DNA of 64,000 bases from Opitutaceae bacterium. GTDB lineage: Bacteria > Verrucomicrobiota > Verrucomicrobiia > Opitutales > Coraliomargaritaceae. Both the position numbers and the translations under genes were made by a program. The notes under the pieces were generated by a model. That model did not search any database. It worked only from the letters and a program-made list of their open reading frames with translations, and was not told the DNA's origin. Location: positions 256,001 through 320,000 of the forward strand of contig JBPOFY010000004.1 of assembly GCA_051252375.1 (NCBI GenBank). Reading direction: 5' to 3'. Positions 53,711-64,000 of this stretch are shown here, in pieces (position 1 is the first letter of the stretch; each line of letters starts with the position of its first letter).

Positions 53711-54343
53711 TTAATCAAACTTACGCGCCGGATTCCCAAAAACTTTTTGACCGTCCGCAACGGAACGAATGACTACCGAACCGGCACCCACAAGCGCATT
53801 CGAACCGACTTTTTTACTCGGCAAAATACGTGCCCCACTCCCGAGCAAAGTCCTTGCACCGATGCTAACATTCCCAGTGACATCACAATGCCCACTGAGC
53901 GACGTGAAATCACCAATCACCACATCGTGCCCGATACTGCTGTGACAATTCACTGCCACAAAATCACCGAGTTCAATATCAGCCGTCAAGACTGCCTGAG
54001 GGCAGATAACAACACCGCGTCCAAGCTTCACATTGAAGCCGACCACGGCTGATGGGTGGATCAAAGTAATGAAATTTGCCGAACGTTCTAAAAGTTTTTC
54101 GCAGACTCGCTGCTTAATAACAGGTGCACCAATCGCACAAACAAAGAGTTCGTCCGCTTGCGGAACATGACCTTCAATCGTGCCAATGATACCAACCGGA
54201 TATTTAAACCGATCCAAGACAGTGGTGTCGTCGTCTAAAAAGCCATGTATCTCCCATGCCTCGCCGCACTCTGGATGCTGCGCAGCCCAAGCATATACTT
54301 CCCTGCCGAAGCCGCCGGCGCCGACGATGATTAATTTTTTCAT
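53711..54343 (-). CDS. NeuD/PglD/VioB-family hexapeptide-repeat sugar acyltransferase
   Basis: GAGGFGRE, IHPSA, IGHD, GAGSVV, GNPA. Confidence 0.92.
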   Translation of the reverse strand: MKKLIIVGAGGFGREVYAWAAQHPECGEAWEIHGFLDDDTTVLDRFKYPVGIIGTIEGHVPQADELFVCAIGAPVIKQRVCEKLLERSANFITLIHPSAVVGFNVKLGRGVVICPQAVLTADIELGDFVAVNCHSSIGHDVVIGDFTSLSGHCDVTGNVSIGARTLLGSGARILPSKKVGSNALVGAGSVVIRSVADGQKVFGNPARKFD

Positions 54344-55053
54344 ATCGAAAACCCTCCGTCCACAGGCAAGGTCACACCGGTGATCCAACGCGAAGCATCT
54401 GAAAGTAAAAAGCTGACTGCACCGACGACATCCTGCGGTCGACCCACCCCTAATGGATAAGCTTTCGCATGTGCCTCCAGCGCATCTGCTGAAGCATTTT
54501 CTGCGAAGCCGTCAGACATATCACTTTCAACCATTCCGGGAGCGATACAGTTCACGCGAATTCCTTTCGGAGCTAACTCCACTGCAAGGCAACGCGCGGA
54601 TGCTTCGAGCGCCGCTTTACTGCCAGAATAAGCCGCGTAACCCGCGGTGCCCTTGCTGGCTGAAACAGAAGAAAGAAAAACAATGGATGCGCCTTTATTG
54701 ATCTTTTTCGCTTTCAATAAATCGCGAACCAACAGGAGCGGGATACATGCATTGACTTGAAAACATGCTTCCAAATCCGCCTCTTTTAAATAGCGAACCG
54801 GTGCAAGCGGCGCCACCCCAGCAGCGAAGACAACACCATCTAACTCAGGTGTGCTGGCGACGAGTGCTTGCCGCCCTTCTTCGGTTGATAAATCGGCAAC
54901 AATTTTTTGCGACGCTCCATCGATCGAAAGTGCATTCAGTTTTTCCGCACTACGCCCGGAGAGCGTCACTTCAAACCCATCTGCAGGCAGATGGCTGGCG
55001 ATGGCACCGCCTATCGAACCGGTTGCGCCAATCACTAAAACAGAACCGCTCAT
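54340..55053 (-). CDS. SDR-family oxidoreductase (FabG-like)
   Basis: GATGSIG, YSGSK, RVNCIAPG, VDGG. Confidence 0.92.
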   Translation of the reverse strand: MSGSVLVIGATGSIGGAIASHLPADGFEVTLSGRSAEKLNALSIDGASQKIVADLSTEEGRQALVASTPELDGVVFAAGVAPLAPVRYLKEADLEACFQVNACIPLLLVRDLLKAKKINKGASIVFLSSVSASKGTAGYAAYSGSKAALEASARCLAVELAPKGIRVNCIAPGMVESDMSDGFAENASADALEAHAKAYPLGVGRPQDVVGAVSFLLSDASRWITGVTLPVDGGFSI

Positions 55054-55286
55054 GAACTCACCTTGGTTTGAACCAGCGCGTAAAGCGCCTCTAAAGTTTC
55101 ACAGCTCTTCAAATCGTCTGCTTTGAGGCGCACTCCGTAATCAGCATCCAGCATTGCGATGACCGTGAGCACGGCAAGCGAGTCCCACGGCTCTAGTTGG
55201 CGATAATTCGTTGCACCATTTAAAGTGCCGGCTTCGACGTCTTCAACCGCTTCTTCAAAGTCTTCAATAAATTGCGTTAAGCTCAT
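55050..55286 (-). CDS. Dedicated acyl carrier protein
   Basis: WDSLAVL phosphopantetheine site, 78 aa, acidic. Confidence 0.88.
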   Translation of the reverse strand: MSLTQFIEDFEEAVEDVEAGTLNGATNYRQLEPWDSLAVLTVIAMLDADYGVRLKADDLKSCETLEALYALVQTKVSS

Positions 55287-55344
55287 AGGGGTCAGTTTTG
55301 TAGTTAGACGATGGATACCTTAAATTATGCAGGCGAACAAGTTT

Positions 55345-56424
55345 CTATTCACTCGCCGGAAAGTCGATGATTTCACAAACAGACAAATTCGCTAGATCTA
55401 AAAGAGCACTCGCCCAAGATAGCCCCACACCGAAGCCGGACAATAGCACCCGCTGCGAACCTGCTTGCAAGGCGTCGGGCAGCTCACCGCAAATCGCACA
55501 TGGTATGGATGCGGAGCTTTGATTGCCATAGCGCTCCACTGTCTGCATCGGCACTTTCGCTAGATCGATTTTCAAGCGTTTGGCGATATTCGTCAAAATA
55601 TAGCGATTGGCTTGGTGAAATACAAAATGATCCACTGCCTCAATCTCGATGCCCGCATACTCCAACAGCTCTTGCACTGCACGCGGTTCGACTTGAATCG
55701 AAAAATTAAAAATCTCCGCGCCGTCCATGTAGAGATTTTCTGGAGTGCGGCAATTGCCTCCCTCATCCTCCGTTTCGACTGCCGTCTCCGGAGAGCACGG
55801 CGTGCGTTGACCGCCCGCTGGAACAATTAATTTATCAAATCCGGTGCCATCTGTTTCGAGACTGAACCATGCAGGTGACTCCGCTGCGCTGCGTTCAACC
55901 AAAGTGGCACTGCCACCATCACCGAAAATCGGCGCGACGGCGCGGTCTTTTGGATGCGCCAAACGACTGATCGTATCACCGGCAAGCACCACAACACGCT
56001 CACAACCACCAGCCGAAACCATCATATGTGCCAACCAGAGGCCATAAACATAGCCGGAGCAACCGAGGTTGACGTCAAATGCCGCACAATCCTTACGCAG
56101 CCCCAACTGCCCATGGAGCACGGCCGCGTTGCATGGTTGCGAATAATCAGGCGTCTGGGTCACACAGATCAAAGCATCGACTTGATCAATACCGACAGCG
56201 GACTGTTGAAATAAATGCTGCGCGGCCACGCGGCAAAGGTCTGCGGCGGTCGTGCCTGGATCCGCCACCCGACGACGGTCTAAACCGATCGTCTTTTTCA
56301 AACGCGCAATTTGCTTCTCGTTACCGCCAAAGAGCGCCACCTCGTCGTCGATACATTTCTCGGTCGAGGGCACGCAGGTGACAAGACCACTGATTTTTAC
56401 CTGATTAAAACTGCACTTGGGCAT
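55345..56424 (-). CDS. Ketoacyl-ACP synthase III (FabH-like)
   Basis: [25 protein letters not shown]. Confidence 0.92.
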   Translation of the reverse strand: MPKCSFNQVKISGLVTCVPSTEKCIDDEVALFGGNEKQIARLKKTIGLDRRRVADPGTTAADLCRVAAQHLFQQSAVGIDQVDALICVTQTPDYSQPCNAAVLHGQLGLRKDCAAFDVNLGCSGYVYGLWLAHMMVSAGGCERVVVLAGDTISRLAHPKDRAVAPIFGDGGSATLVERSAAESPAWFSLETDGTGFDKLIVPAGGQRTPCSPETAVETEDEGGNCRTPENLYMDGAEIFNFSIQVEPRAVQELLEYAGIEIEAVDHFVFHQANRYILTNIAKRLKIDLAKVPMQTVERYGNQSSASIPCAICGELPDALQAGSQRVLLSGFGVGLSWASALLDLANLSVCEIIDFPASE

Positions 56425-56620
56425 TCGGAGAGGATGGGTGGCGTATCGACCAAGTGAAAGCTCATTTTTCAGCCGATTCGAAGTGCATCAAGAATGCAAC
56501 AAAGACATTGCACCTTCAGAAAAGCTTCCCTTAGATGTGACCAATTATTTACTTCTTCTTAACGGAGGTTAGTAAATAAAACTCACGCTTCACTTACTAA
56601 CCCTTAAGAAAGGACACAAT

Positions 56621-57076
56621 TTGGACCTAAAAGTAATTAAACAGGTAGTCGATCTGATGAAACGCTCGGAGCTCTCTGAGTTCGAAATCGAAGAAGAAGG
56701 CTTCAAGCTACGCCTCAGCCGTAAAAACGGCGAAGCGCCACAAGTTATTCATGCAGCACCCGTTGCCGCAGCGCCAGCCGCAGCAGCTCCTGCCGCCGCC
56801 CCTGCTGCTGCAGCAGCTCCAGTGGACGAAACAGGTATCGAGGTCGTCAAATCCCCGATGGTCGGCACTTTCTACAGTGCAGGATCACCTGAGAGCCCTG
56901 CATTCGCCAAAATCGGCGACAAGATAGGCGCGGACAGCATCGTTTGTATCATCGAAGCAATGAAGGTGATGAACGAGATCCAAGCTGAGATCAGCGGCAC
57001 CATCACTGAAGTGCTCATCGAGAATGGTGAAGCGGTCGAATACGGCCAGCCACTTTTCAAAGTTAAAACTGCATAG
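56621..57076 (+). CDS. accB: Acetyl-CoA carboxylase biotin carboxyl carrier protein
   Basis: [16 protein letters not shown], Ala/Pro linker. Confidence 0.97.
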   Translation: MDLKVIKQVVDLMKRSELSEFEIEEEGFKLRLSRKNGEAPQVIHAAPVAAAPAAAAPAAAPAAAAAPVDETGIEVVKSPMVGTFYSAGSPESPAFAKIGDKIGADSIVCIIEAMKVMNEIQAEISGTITEVLIENGEAVEYGQPLFKVKTA

Positions 57077-57083
57077 TTTTTGA

Positions 57084-58448
57084 ATGATTAAAAAAGTTCT
57101 TATCGCCAATCGGGGCGAAATCGCGCTCCGAATCGTCCGCGCTTGTAACGAGCTTGGGATCAAAACGCTCGCCGTTTACTCCGAGGCCGACGAGCAGTCC
57201 CTACACGTTCAACTCGCAGACGAAGCGATTTGCATTGGGCCACCTGCAAGTAACTTGAGTTATTTAAAGTCCGACCGCATCATCGCTGCCGCTGAAATAG
57301 CGAATGTCGATGCGATCCACCCGGGCTACGGTTTCCTTGCGGAGAACGCAGACTTCGCCGAACAGTGCGCGAAGTGCAACATCAAGTTTATCGGTCCCGG
57401 TCCTGAAGCGATCATCAACTTCGGCGATAAAGCGAAAGCGCGCGATATGGCGGTCAAAGCCAAGGTGCCTGTTATACCTGGCAGTGATGGCACAGTCGAC
57501 AGCGAGAAGGAAGCCCTCGCGGTGGCTAAAAAGATCGGATATCCTGTCATTATCAAGGCCGTCGCCGGTGGTGGCGGTAAGGGAATGCGCACAGCCCACA
57601 ACGCAGTCACATTCGTCAAAGAGTATAACAACGCTCGCAATGAAGCCGAAAAGGCTTTCGGCAACGGCGCAGTATACCTCGAACGCTTCTTGGACGCTCC
57701 TCGACATATTGAAATTCAGCTCTTAGGCGACCAATTCGGCAATGTCATCCACCTCGGTGAGCGCGATTGCTCGATCCAGCGTCGCCACCAGAAGGTCATT
57801 GAAGAAGCCCCCTCCCCATTCATTTCAGACGACATTCGTAAGAAAATGGGCCGCGATGCAGTGAAACTCGCGAAATCCGTCAATTACGAAGGCGCCGGCA
57901 CGGTCGAGTTCCTCGTAGATGGTAAAGGTGAGTATTTCTTTATCGAGATGAATACCCGTATCCAAGTGGAGCACGGCGTCACTGAAGAAGTGACAGGTGT
58001 TGATTTAGTGAAGGAACAACTCCTCATCGCCAGCGGTCAGAAGTTGAGCTATGAGCAAAAGGACATCAAAATCACCAAACACTGCATCGAATGCCGCGTT
58101 TGCGCCGAGGATCCAGGTCGCAATTTTGCCCCCTGCCCCGGTGAAATCACACTTTACTATGCTCCTGGTGGCCACGGAGTGCGTATCGACTCGCACTGCT
58201 ACGGTGGCTACACCATCCCACCTTACTACGATAGCATGATCGCAAAGGTCATGACATTCGGCAAAACGCGCGAACTCGCTCTAGACCGCATGGATCGTGC
58301 ACTCGGCGAATACATCATCCGAGGGATCAAAACAAATATTCCGTTCTCACGGGCAATCATCCGCGACCCAATTTTCCGCGAAGGTAAAGCCACAACGAAA
58401 TACATCGAAGAGTTTATCGAACGCGTCCCTAAAGACCTATACACTTAA
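57084..58448 (+). CDS. accC: Biotin carboxylase
   Basis: [38 protein letters not shown]. Confidence 0.97.
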   Translation: MIKKVLIANRGEIALRIVRACNELGIKTLAVYSEADEQSLHVQLADEAICIGPPASNLSYLKSDRIIAAAEIANVDAIHPGYGFLAENADFAEQCAKCNIKFIGPGPEAIINFGDKAKARDMAVKAKVPVIPGSDGTVDSEKEALAVAKKIGYPVIIKAVAGGGGKGMRTAHNAVTFVKEYNNARNEAEKAFGNGAVYLERFLDAPRHIEIQLLGDQFGNVIHLGERDCSIQRRHQKVIEEAPSPFISDDIRKKMGRDAVKLAKSVNYEGAGTVEFLVDGKGEYFFIEMNTRIQVEHGVTEEVTGVDLVKEQLLIASGQKLSYEQKDIKITKHCIECRVCAEDPGRNFAPCPGEITLYYAPGGHGVRIDSHCYGGYTIPPYYDSMIAKVMTFGKTRELALDRMDRALGEYIIRGIKTNIPFSRAIIRDPIFREGKATTKYIEEFIERVPKDLYT

Positions 58449-58476
58449 AAAGCATTCAACCCGTATCCAACAGACC

Positions 58477-58917
58477 ATGAGTAATTCATCTGAAAACAAC
58501 GAGTCCACGATCCCTACAGTATCTGAGGATTCCAACACACTTGGCGAAATCCGCATCAACCATAGCGTTGTCGCAAATATCGTGCGCCTCGCCGCACTCG
58601 AAGTCACTGGTGTCGTCGCTGTCGGCGGCGGCTTCGTTGACGGTATCGCAGACATCTTCAAATCGAAAAAGGGCGACGAACGTGGCGTCCGCGTCGATGA
58701 AGACGAAGTCGGTGATTACCAAATCGAAATCCGTGTAATTCTACGCTTTGGCGTCGAACTGGCCGCAGTCGCCACAGACATTCAGCAACGTATCTCCGAA
58801 CAGGTTGAAAAAATGACCAGCAAGAATGTCGCTCGCGTCAATGTTGTGATCGACGGTGTCCGCTCAGAAGAAGAGCAAGCTAAAGAAGATTGGGATCACC
58901 AACCACACACCGACTAG
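58477..58917 (+). CDS. Asp23/Gls24-family protein
   Basis: LGEIRI...VVA.I...A..EV.GV, GV.V, FGV.L, IQ.RI...VEKMT, VNV.I.GV. Confidence 0.9.
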   Translation: MSNSSENNESTIPTVSEDSNTLGEIRINHSVVANIVRLAALEVTGVVAVGGGFVDGIADIFKSKKGDERGVRVDEDEVGDYQIEIRVILRFGVELAAVATDIQQRISEQVEKMTSKNVARVNVVIDGVRSEEEQAKEDWDHQPHTD

Positions 58918-58946
58918 TCGGCTCCTTCTTTACACACTAAAACACT

Positions 58947-59477
58947 ATGGACTTCGCCGAAATCACTGAGGCACTACAGCACCTCACACAGCCCGCCTAT
59001 CTATATATTGGCGGCGGCGTAGTCGTATGCGCATTTCTGCTGATACTTCTGGTGCGACGCCAGCCCAAGAAAGTCGTCGCTTACGTGACGGAGAATGGGC
59101 GTGTTATGGTCAGTCGCTCGGCCATCATCGAGCTGGTGCAAACTTCTTGCCAGCAACTCAATGATGTCTCCAAGCCACATGTCAGCATACAGGTAAAAGG
59201 TAAAGTCACTCACCTGGACGTCTCCATCAAACTCCTCAGCGGAGGGCGTTTGCGCTCAGTCGAGGAAACCTTGCAGACTCACTTACGCCACGCGCTGACT
59301 GAAAACCTTGGTATCGAAAACCTCGGACGTATCAACATCGTCGCCACCGGCTTCAAAAGTGGTCGCATCGAACAATCCAGCACTGTCAACCGCCCAGCCG
59401 ACCCGACACAGGATTCTTTTGACGACGACGACGATTTCGAAACATCCGAAGATTCGGCAGAAAGCAAATCACTCTAA
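58947..59477 (+). CDS. Membrane-anchored protein, AmaP-like
   Basis: TM helix, then TENGRVMVSRSAI..LV; lies next to the Asp23 gene. Confidence 0.6.
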   Translation: MDFAEITEALQHLTQPAYLYIGGGVVVCAFLLILLVRRQPKKVVAYVTENGRVMVSRSAIIELVQTSCQQLNDVSKPHVSIQVKGKVTHLDVSIKLLSGGRLRSVEETLQTHLRHALTENLGIENLGRINIVATGFKSGRIEQSSTVNRPADPTQDSFDDDDDFETSEDSAESKSL

Positions 59478-59527
59478 CGAGCAAAGAACGTTTTCAATTA
59501 TCACGACCCCACCGCTGACGAAACGGT

Positions 59528-60013
59528 GTGTCCAATACAATGGAACAAGCATTCTCCATTTTACGACGGCTATCTCAGGTAGCCGTTTTTATTTTCTCAG
59601 CCTTCTTGCTCACGACCTCAGCTTGCAGCCGGTTCGAAATATCGGAAGAAGGTTTAGACACATTCGCAGCCGAGTTCCGCCAAGCGAATCAAGCCAGCAC
59701 TGTAGATCCCCTCCTCGCGCTCTATGAACTCGAAGGCTGTGACGATCGCACGCTATCCATGCTCAAAGCGGCTTTGCTCTACGAGCTCGGCCTCCCAATT
59801 AAGCGCATCACCTTCGAACCGCTGTCAGGGGCACCTGAGGAAGCGATTGATTACGAGCATGATGGAGTTCGCTATGGCCCCAGTCTCACACCCAGTCAGC
59901 GGATGCGTGTCGAGTATGCAGTGGAAGATCAGTTCACCAGCCTGTTTAGCATAGGGCAAACGAACGACGGCACCTGGCGCATAGTCAGCGCACGCCCGGT
60001 CTCCAAGCAGTAG
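59528..60013 (+). CDS. Hypothetical lipoprotein
   Basis: Hydrophobic stretch followed by TSAC lipobox. Confidence 0.65.
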   Translation: MSNTMEQAFSILRRLSQVAVFIFSAFLLTTSACSRFEISEEGLDTFAAEFRQANQASTVDPLLALYELEGCDDRTLSMLKAALLYELGLPIKRITFEPLSGAPEEAIDYEHDGVRYGPSLTPSQRMRVEYAVEDQFTSLFSIGQTNDGTWRIVSARPVSKQ

Positions 60014-60096
60014 ATATTACGCTTTAATCGCCGCAAAAGCACCCCTTTGCCACTCGCTGAGTTGACATCGCCTCAAAATCCCAACAAGTAGCGGGT

Positions 60097-60432
60097 ATGA
60101 AGATTATTGCATATCTAAAACCTACCTGCGGATGGAGCATGGGCGTTCGCGCTATCATGAAGAAATACGGCCTCGAATACGAAGACCGTGATATCATTAA
60201 TAATCCCGATCAATATGCGGAAATGGTCGAGAAATCGGGCCAACCACTCTCCCCATGTGTCGAAATCGACGGCACTATGCTGGCCGATGTCAGCGGCGAA
60301 GAAGTGGAGAACTACATGCTCAGCAACGAGTTAGTCTCCTCGACTGCTAAAGAAGCCGATGCGCCGACTAATGCACCTTGCACAGACGAAGAGCACGAAG
60401 CCATGCGCTCGAAGACAGTGCGCTTCTTCTAG
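60097..60432 (+). CDS. Glutaredoxin-like protein (monothiol CGWS)
   Basis: YLKPTCGWS, SGQ.LSPCVEIDG. Confidence 0.85.
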   Translation: MKIIAYLKPTCGWSMGVRAIMKKYGLEYEDRDIINNPDQYAEMVEKSGQPLSPCVEIDGTMLADVSGEEVENYMLSNELVSSTAKEADAPTNAPCTDEEHEAMRSKTVRFF

Positions 60433-60464
60433 GAAAGCCTGACAGCGCGTCATGCGTTTACATC

Positions 60465-60490
60465 AAAACCGGGCATGTCCCGGTTTTTTT
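60465..60490 (+). terminator. Intrinsic terminator
   Basis: aaaaccggg-catgt-cccggttttttt. Confidence 0.85.
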
Positions 60491-60685
60491 GGCCTCAAGT
60501 CTGCTACAAAAAAGAGGCGCAAGTTGAAACACTTGCGCGTATAAGGGTTATTTTCTCTAGACAGTGCCCCAGCAATTATTACTTTCCACCTTCCTTTTTA
60601 TATCTGCGATCCATCAACTTAGCGCTTCGAGCGCCTGTAATCGCGATAAATAAGCCACTTTTAACCGAATCATTTAATACAAGAT

Positions 60686-63600
60686 ATGGACAAATCACAC
60701 ATCCAGCCCAAGGCGCAGGGTCTTTACGATCCTCAAAACGAACACGAAAACTGCGGTATCGGCCTCATCGTCGATATGAAAGGGCGCAAATCCCACGATA
60801 TCGTCAAAGGCGCACTGGAAATCTGTGTAAACCTCGACCACCGCGGTGGTTGTGGCTGTGACCCTATTACTGGTGACGGTGCAGGTATCTTCATCCAGCT
60901 CCCGCATAACTTCTTTAAGAGCGTCTGCCAAGCTGAGTGCGGCTTCGACGTCCCCGCTGAAGGTGACTACGGCGTCGGCTTTGTCTTCCTCTCTAAAAAC
61001 GAAGAAGAGCGCAAATCCGAAGAGCAAATCATCGAAGACATCGTCGCCGAAGAAGGTCTCAGCCTCATCGGCTGGCGCGATGTGCCTGTGCGCAGCGAAA
61101 TCCTTGGTAAAGCTTCCGCAGCTTGCGAGCCATGCATGCGCCAGTTCTTCGTTGGCCGTGGCGAAGTGCCTGCGGGTCTCGAGTTTGAACGTAAGCTTTA
61201 CATCCTCCGTCGTGTAGCGACCCACCGCATCCGTTACAGTGGTAGCGATGAAGATGCCCTCTTCTACATCAGCTCCCTCTCCAGCCGCACCATGACCTAC
61301 AAGGGCATGCTCACAACTGAGCAGCTAGAGACATACTTCCCTGACCTGTCGAATGAGGCCATGGACTCAGCCCTCGCGCTGACACACTCACGTTTCTCGA
61401 CCAACACATTCCCGAGCTGGCCGCGTGCTCAGCCTTTCCGCTACCTTTGCCACAACGGCGAGATCAACACTGTTCGCGGCAATGAGAACTGGCTCCACGC
61501 TCGTCAGATGCAACTCGCCAGCGATGTTTTCGGCGACGACCTGAAGAAGCTCCTTCCAATCATTCGCGAAGACGGCTCGGACTCTCAGAAGTTCGACAAC
61601 TGCCTCGAGTTCCTCGTCCTCTCCGGCCGAAGTCTCGCGCACGCCATGATGATGATGATCCCAGAGCCTTGGGAACGTCACAAGAACATGCCTGACTTCA
61701 AGAAGGAGTTCTACGAGTTCCACGCTTGCATGATGGAGCCTTGGGATGGTCCTGCATCTATGGCGTTCTCCGATGGCGTTCAAGTCGGCGCGACACTCGA
61801 CCGCAATGGTCTACGTCCTTCCCGCTACTACGTCACATCCGACGACAAAGTCATCCTCGCATCCGAAGTCGGCGTCCTCGCTGGCATCGAGCCCAAGAAT
61901 GTCGTCAAAAAAGGCCGCCTAGAGCCAGGCCGTATGTTCCTCATCGACATGAAGGCAGGTCGCATCATCCAAGATGGCCAAGTGAAGGAAGAAGTCTCCA
62001 AGACAGCTCCTTACGGTCAATGGCTGAAAGAAAATCTAGTTAAGTCTGAGGATTTGCCAGAGCCCGAAATACTTCACGCAGACGACTACGACACCATCGA
62101 AACTCGCCAAAAGGCATTCGGCTACACCTTTGAAGACACTCGCTTCATCCTCGGACCAAGTGCCGAAACAGGTAAGCAGCCACTCGGCTCGATGGGTAAC
62201 GACGCGCCACTGGCCGTCCTCTCCGATCAGTCGCAGACGATGTATAACTACTTCAAGCAGCTCTTCGCTCAGGTCACCAATCCTCCGATTGACCCGATCC
62301 GTGAAGAACTTGTCACTGCCAGCGTTTCGTTCATTGGTTCCGAAAGCGACCTCACTCGCCCAGGTCCGGACAGCTGCCGCATGATCAAATTCGAATCACC
62401 GTTGATCGATGACAAGCAACTCGCGCAACTGAAGAATATCAAGTTAGCTGGCTTCAAATCTGCCAAACTACCGATTACGTTCGAAGCCCAAGTCGGCGGT
62501 CTATCTGAAGGTCACAACAGCATCTCCGAACCTTCGATCTCAGGCACAGGCCTCGAAGCAGCACTCGAGAAACTCTTTGAATTGGCTGATGCTGCAGTAA
62601 ATGACGGCGTCAACATCCTCGTATTGACTGACCGTAAGATTGGACCGAAGAAGGCGCCAATCCCTGCACTGCTTGCAGTTGCTGGTCTCCACCACCACTT
62701 GATCAGTAAGGGCACACGCACACGCGTCTCTATCGTTCTCGAGTCCGGTGAGCCTCGCGAAGTGCACCACTTCGCATTACTCCTCGGCTACGGTGCCAAC
62801 GTCATCAATCCATACCTAGCGCTTGAGTCGGTTCGCTACATGATCGACCGCGGCGACTTGGATCTGACTCCTGAAAAGGCCAGTTACAACTTCCTGAAGG
62901 CGAACCTCAACGGCGTGATTAAGACCATGTCGAAGATGGGTATTTCTACTGTCGCATCCTACCGTGGTGCACAGATCTTCGAAGCGATTGGTCTCAATCG
63001 TAACGTCATCGACAAGTATTTCACCAAGACTGCATCACGCGTCGAAGGTATCGGTCTCAACACCATCGCGAAGGAAGCTGGCATGCGCCATGCCAACGCA
63101 TTCGGTCTACGCGGCGACGAAAAGGGCGCAGCGCTCGATCCCGGCGGCATCTACCAATGGCGTGCAGGTGGCGAGCGTCACCTCTTCAGCCCGATGACGA
63201 TCCACAAGCTACAGCTTGCAACAAGCCAAGGCGACCGTGCGGTATTCAGCGAATATTCCGATATCGTCAACGATCAGTCCAAAGAGATGTTCACGCTACG
63301 TGGGCTTATGGACTTCAAATTCGACGGATCCAAAGCGATCCCCCTCGAAGAAGTCGAATCTGCACGTAGTATTACCAAGCGCTTTAAGACTGGCGCGATG
63401 TCTTACGGCTCCATCTCCAAGGAAGCCCACGAAGCTCTCGCGATTGCGATGAACCGCCTCGGCGGCAAGTCCAACACTGGCGAAGGTGGCGAAGACCCTG
63501 ATCGTTTCACTCCTGATGAAAACGGTGACAGCCGTCGCTCTTCCATCAAGCAGGTTGCTTCCGGTCGTTTCGGTGTGACTAGCCATTACTTAGTCAATTC

Positions 63601-64000
63601 CGACGAGATTCAAATCAAGATAGTGCAAGGCGCTAAGCCCGGTGAAGGTGGCGAGCTACCTGGTCACAAGGTGCTACCACAGATCGCAAAGACACGCGGC
63701 ACCACTCCAGGTGTTGGCTTGATCTCGCCTCCTCCGCACCACGACATCTACTCGATTGAGGATTTGGCGGAGCTGATCCACGACCTTAAGAACTCCAACG
63801 TCAAAGCCCGCGTCAACGTGAAGCTGGTATCCGAAGTCGGCGTCGGCACGATTGCTGCCGGTGTTGCTAAGGCGAAAGCCGACGGCATTCTCGTTTCCGG
63901 TTATGACGGTGGCACAGGCGCGTCACCGCGTTCCTCCATCCAGCACGCAGGTGCTCCTTGGGAACTCGGTCTTGCTGAAACCAATCAAACACTACTGCTC
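60686..64000 (+). CDS. gltB: Glutamate synthase large subunit (3' end runs off the window)
   Basis: Not in the ORF track. ATG at 60686: [26 protein letters not shown]..., then [51 protein letters not shown]. Confidence 0.97.
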   Translation, partial: MDKSHIQPKAQGLYDPQNEHENCGIGLIVDMKGRKSHDIVKGALEICVNLDHRGGCGCDPITGDGAGIFIQLPHNFFKSVCQAECGFDVPAEGDYGVGFVFLSKNEEERKSEEQIIEDIVAEEGLSLIGWRDVPVRSEILGKASAACEPCMRQFFVGRGEVPAGLEFERKLYILRRVATHRIRYSGSDEDALFYISSLSSRTMTYKGMLTTEQLETYFPDLSNEAMDSALALTHSRFSTNTFPSWPRAQPFRYLCHNGEINTVRGNENWLHARQMQLASDVFGDDLKKLLPIIREDGSDSQKFDNCLEFLVLSGRSLAHAMMMMIPEPWERHKNMPDFKKEFYEFHACMMEPWDGPASMAFSDGVQVGATLDRNGLRPSRYYVTSDDKVILASEVGVLAGIEPKNVVKKGRLEPGRMFLIDMKAGRIIQDGQVKEEVSKTAPYGQWLKENLVKSEDLPEPEILHADDYDTIETRQKAFGYTFEDTRFILGPSAETGKQPLGSMGNDAPLAVLSDQSQTMYNYFKQLFAQVTNPPIDPIREELVTASVSFIGSESDLTRPGPDSCRMIKFESPLIDDKQLAQLKNIKLAGFKSAKLPITFEAQVGGLSEGHNSISEPSISGTGLEAALEKLFELADAAVNDGVNILVLTDRKIGPKKAPIPALLAVAGLHHHLISKGTRTRVSIVLESGEPREVHHFALLLGYGANVINPYLALESVRYMIDRGDLDLTPEKASYNFLKANLNGVIKTMSKMGISTVASYRGAQIFEAIGLNRNVIDKYFTKTASRVEGIGLNTIAKEAGMRHANAFGLRGDEKGAALDPGGIYQWRAGGERHLFSPMTIHKLQLATSQGDRAVFSEYSDIVNDQSKEMFTLRGLMDFKFDGSKAIPLEEVESARSITKRFKTGAMSYGSISKEAHEALAIAMNRLGGKSNTGEGGEDPDRFTPDENGDSRRSSIKQVASGRFGVTSHYLVNSDEIQIKIVQGAKPGEGGELPGHKVLPQIAKTRGTTPGVGLISPPPHHDIYSIEDLAELIHDLKNSNVKARVNVKLVSEVGVGTIAAGVAKAKADGILVSGYDGGTGASPRSSIQHAGAPWELGLAETNQTLLL

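Overview
A 64 kb stretch of bacterial chromosome, most likely from a Verrucomicrobiota (Opitutales-like) genome; this is inferred from a PVC-restricted Minf_1886-type gene and overall gene content, not from a search. Most of it is housekeeping: trpF (partial), M16 peptidase, glgA, exosortase, tRNA-Ser(GGA), clpB, nth, pal, degP, PhoH-family, rnc, mfd, SurA-like PPIase, ribB(X), fabG-acpP-fabF, folD, proC, maf, TolC, nadE, hemL, accB-accC and gltB (partial). The strongest accessory signal is at about 29.3-31.6 kb: four co-oriented, AT-richer, envelope-targeted ORFs separated by attC-like hairpins, with no integrase in the window. This looks like a decaying integron-type cassette array (CALIN). 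It abuts a broken REP doublet and is bracketed by a second repeat type. The intergenic spaces hold at least four REP/REPIN-like palindrome families, some nested, plus a tRNA-linked 3'-end duplication. Other oddities: an orphan Pycsar-effector-like membrane protein, a stand-alone tandem AP2 protein, a SET-domain protein with a Lys-rich tail, a signal-peptide-bearing PD-(D/E)XK-like protein flanked by REPINs, an orphan FabH-ACP-SDR-acyltransferase module and a possible two-state accB leader. All calls come from reading motifs by eye; no database searches were run.
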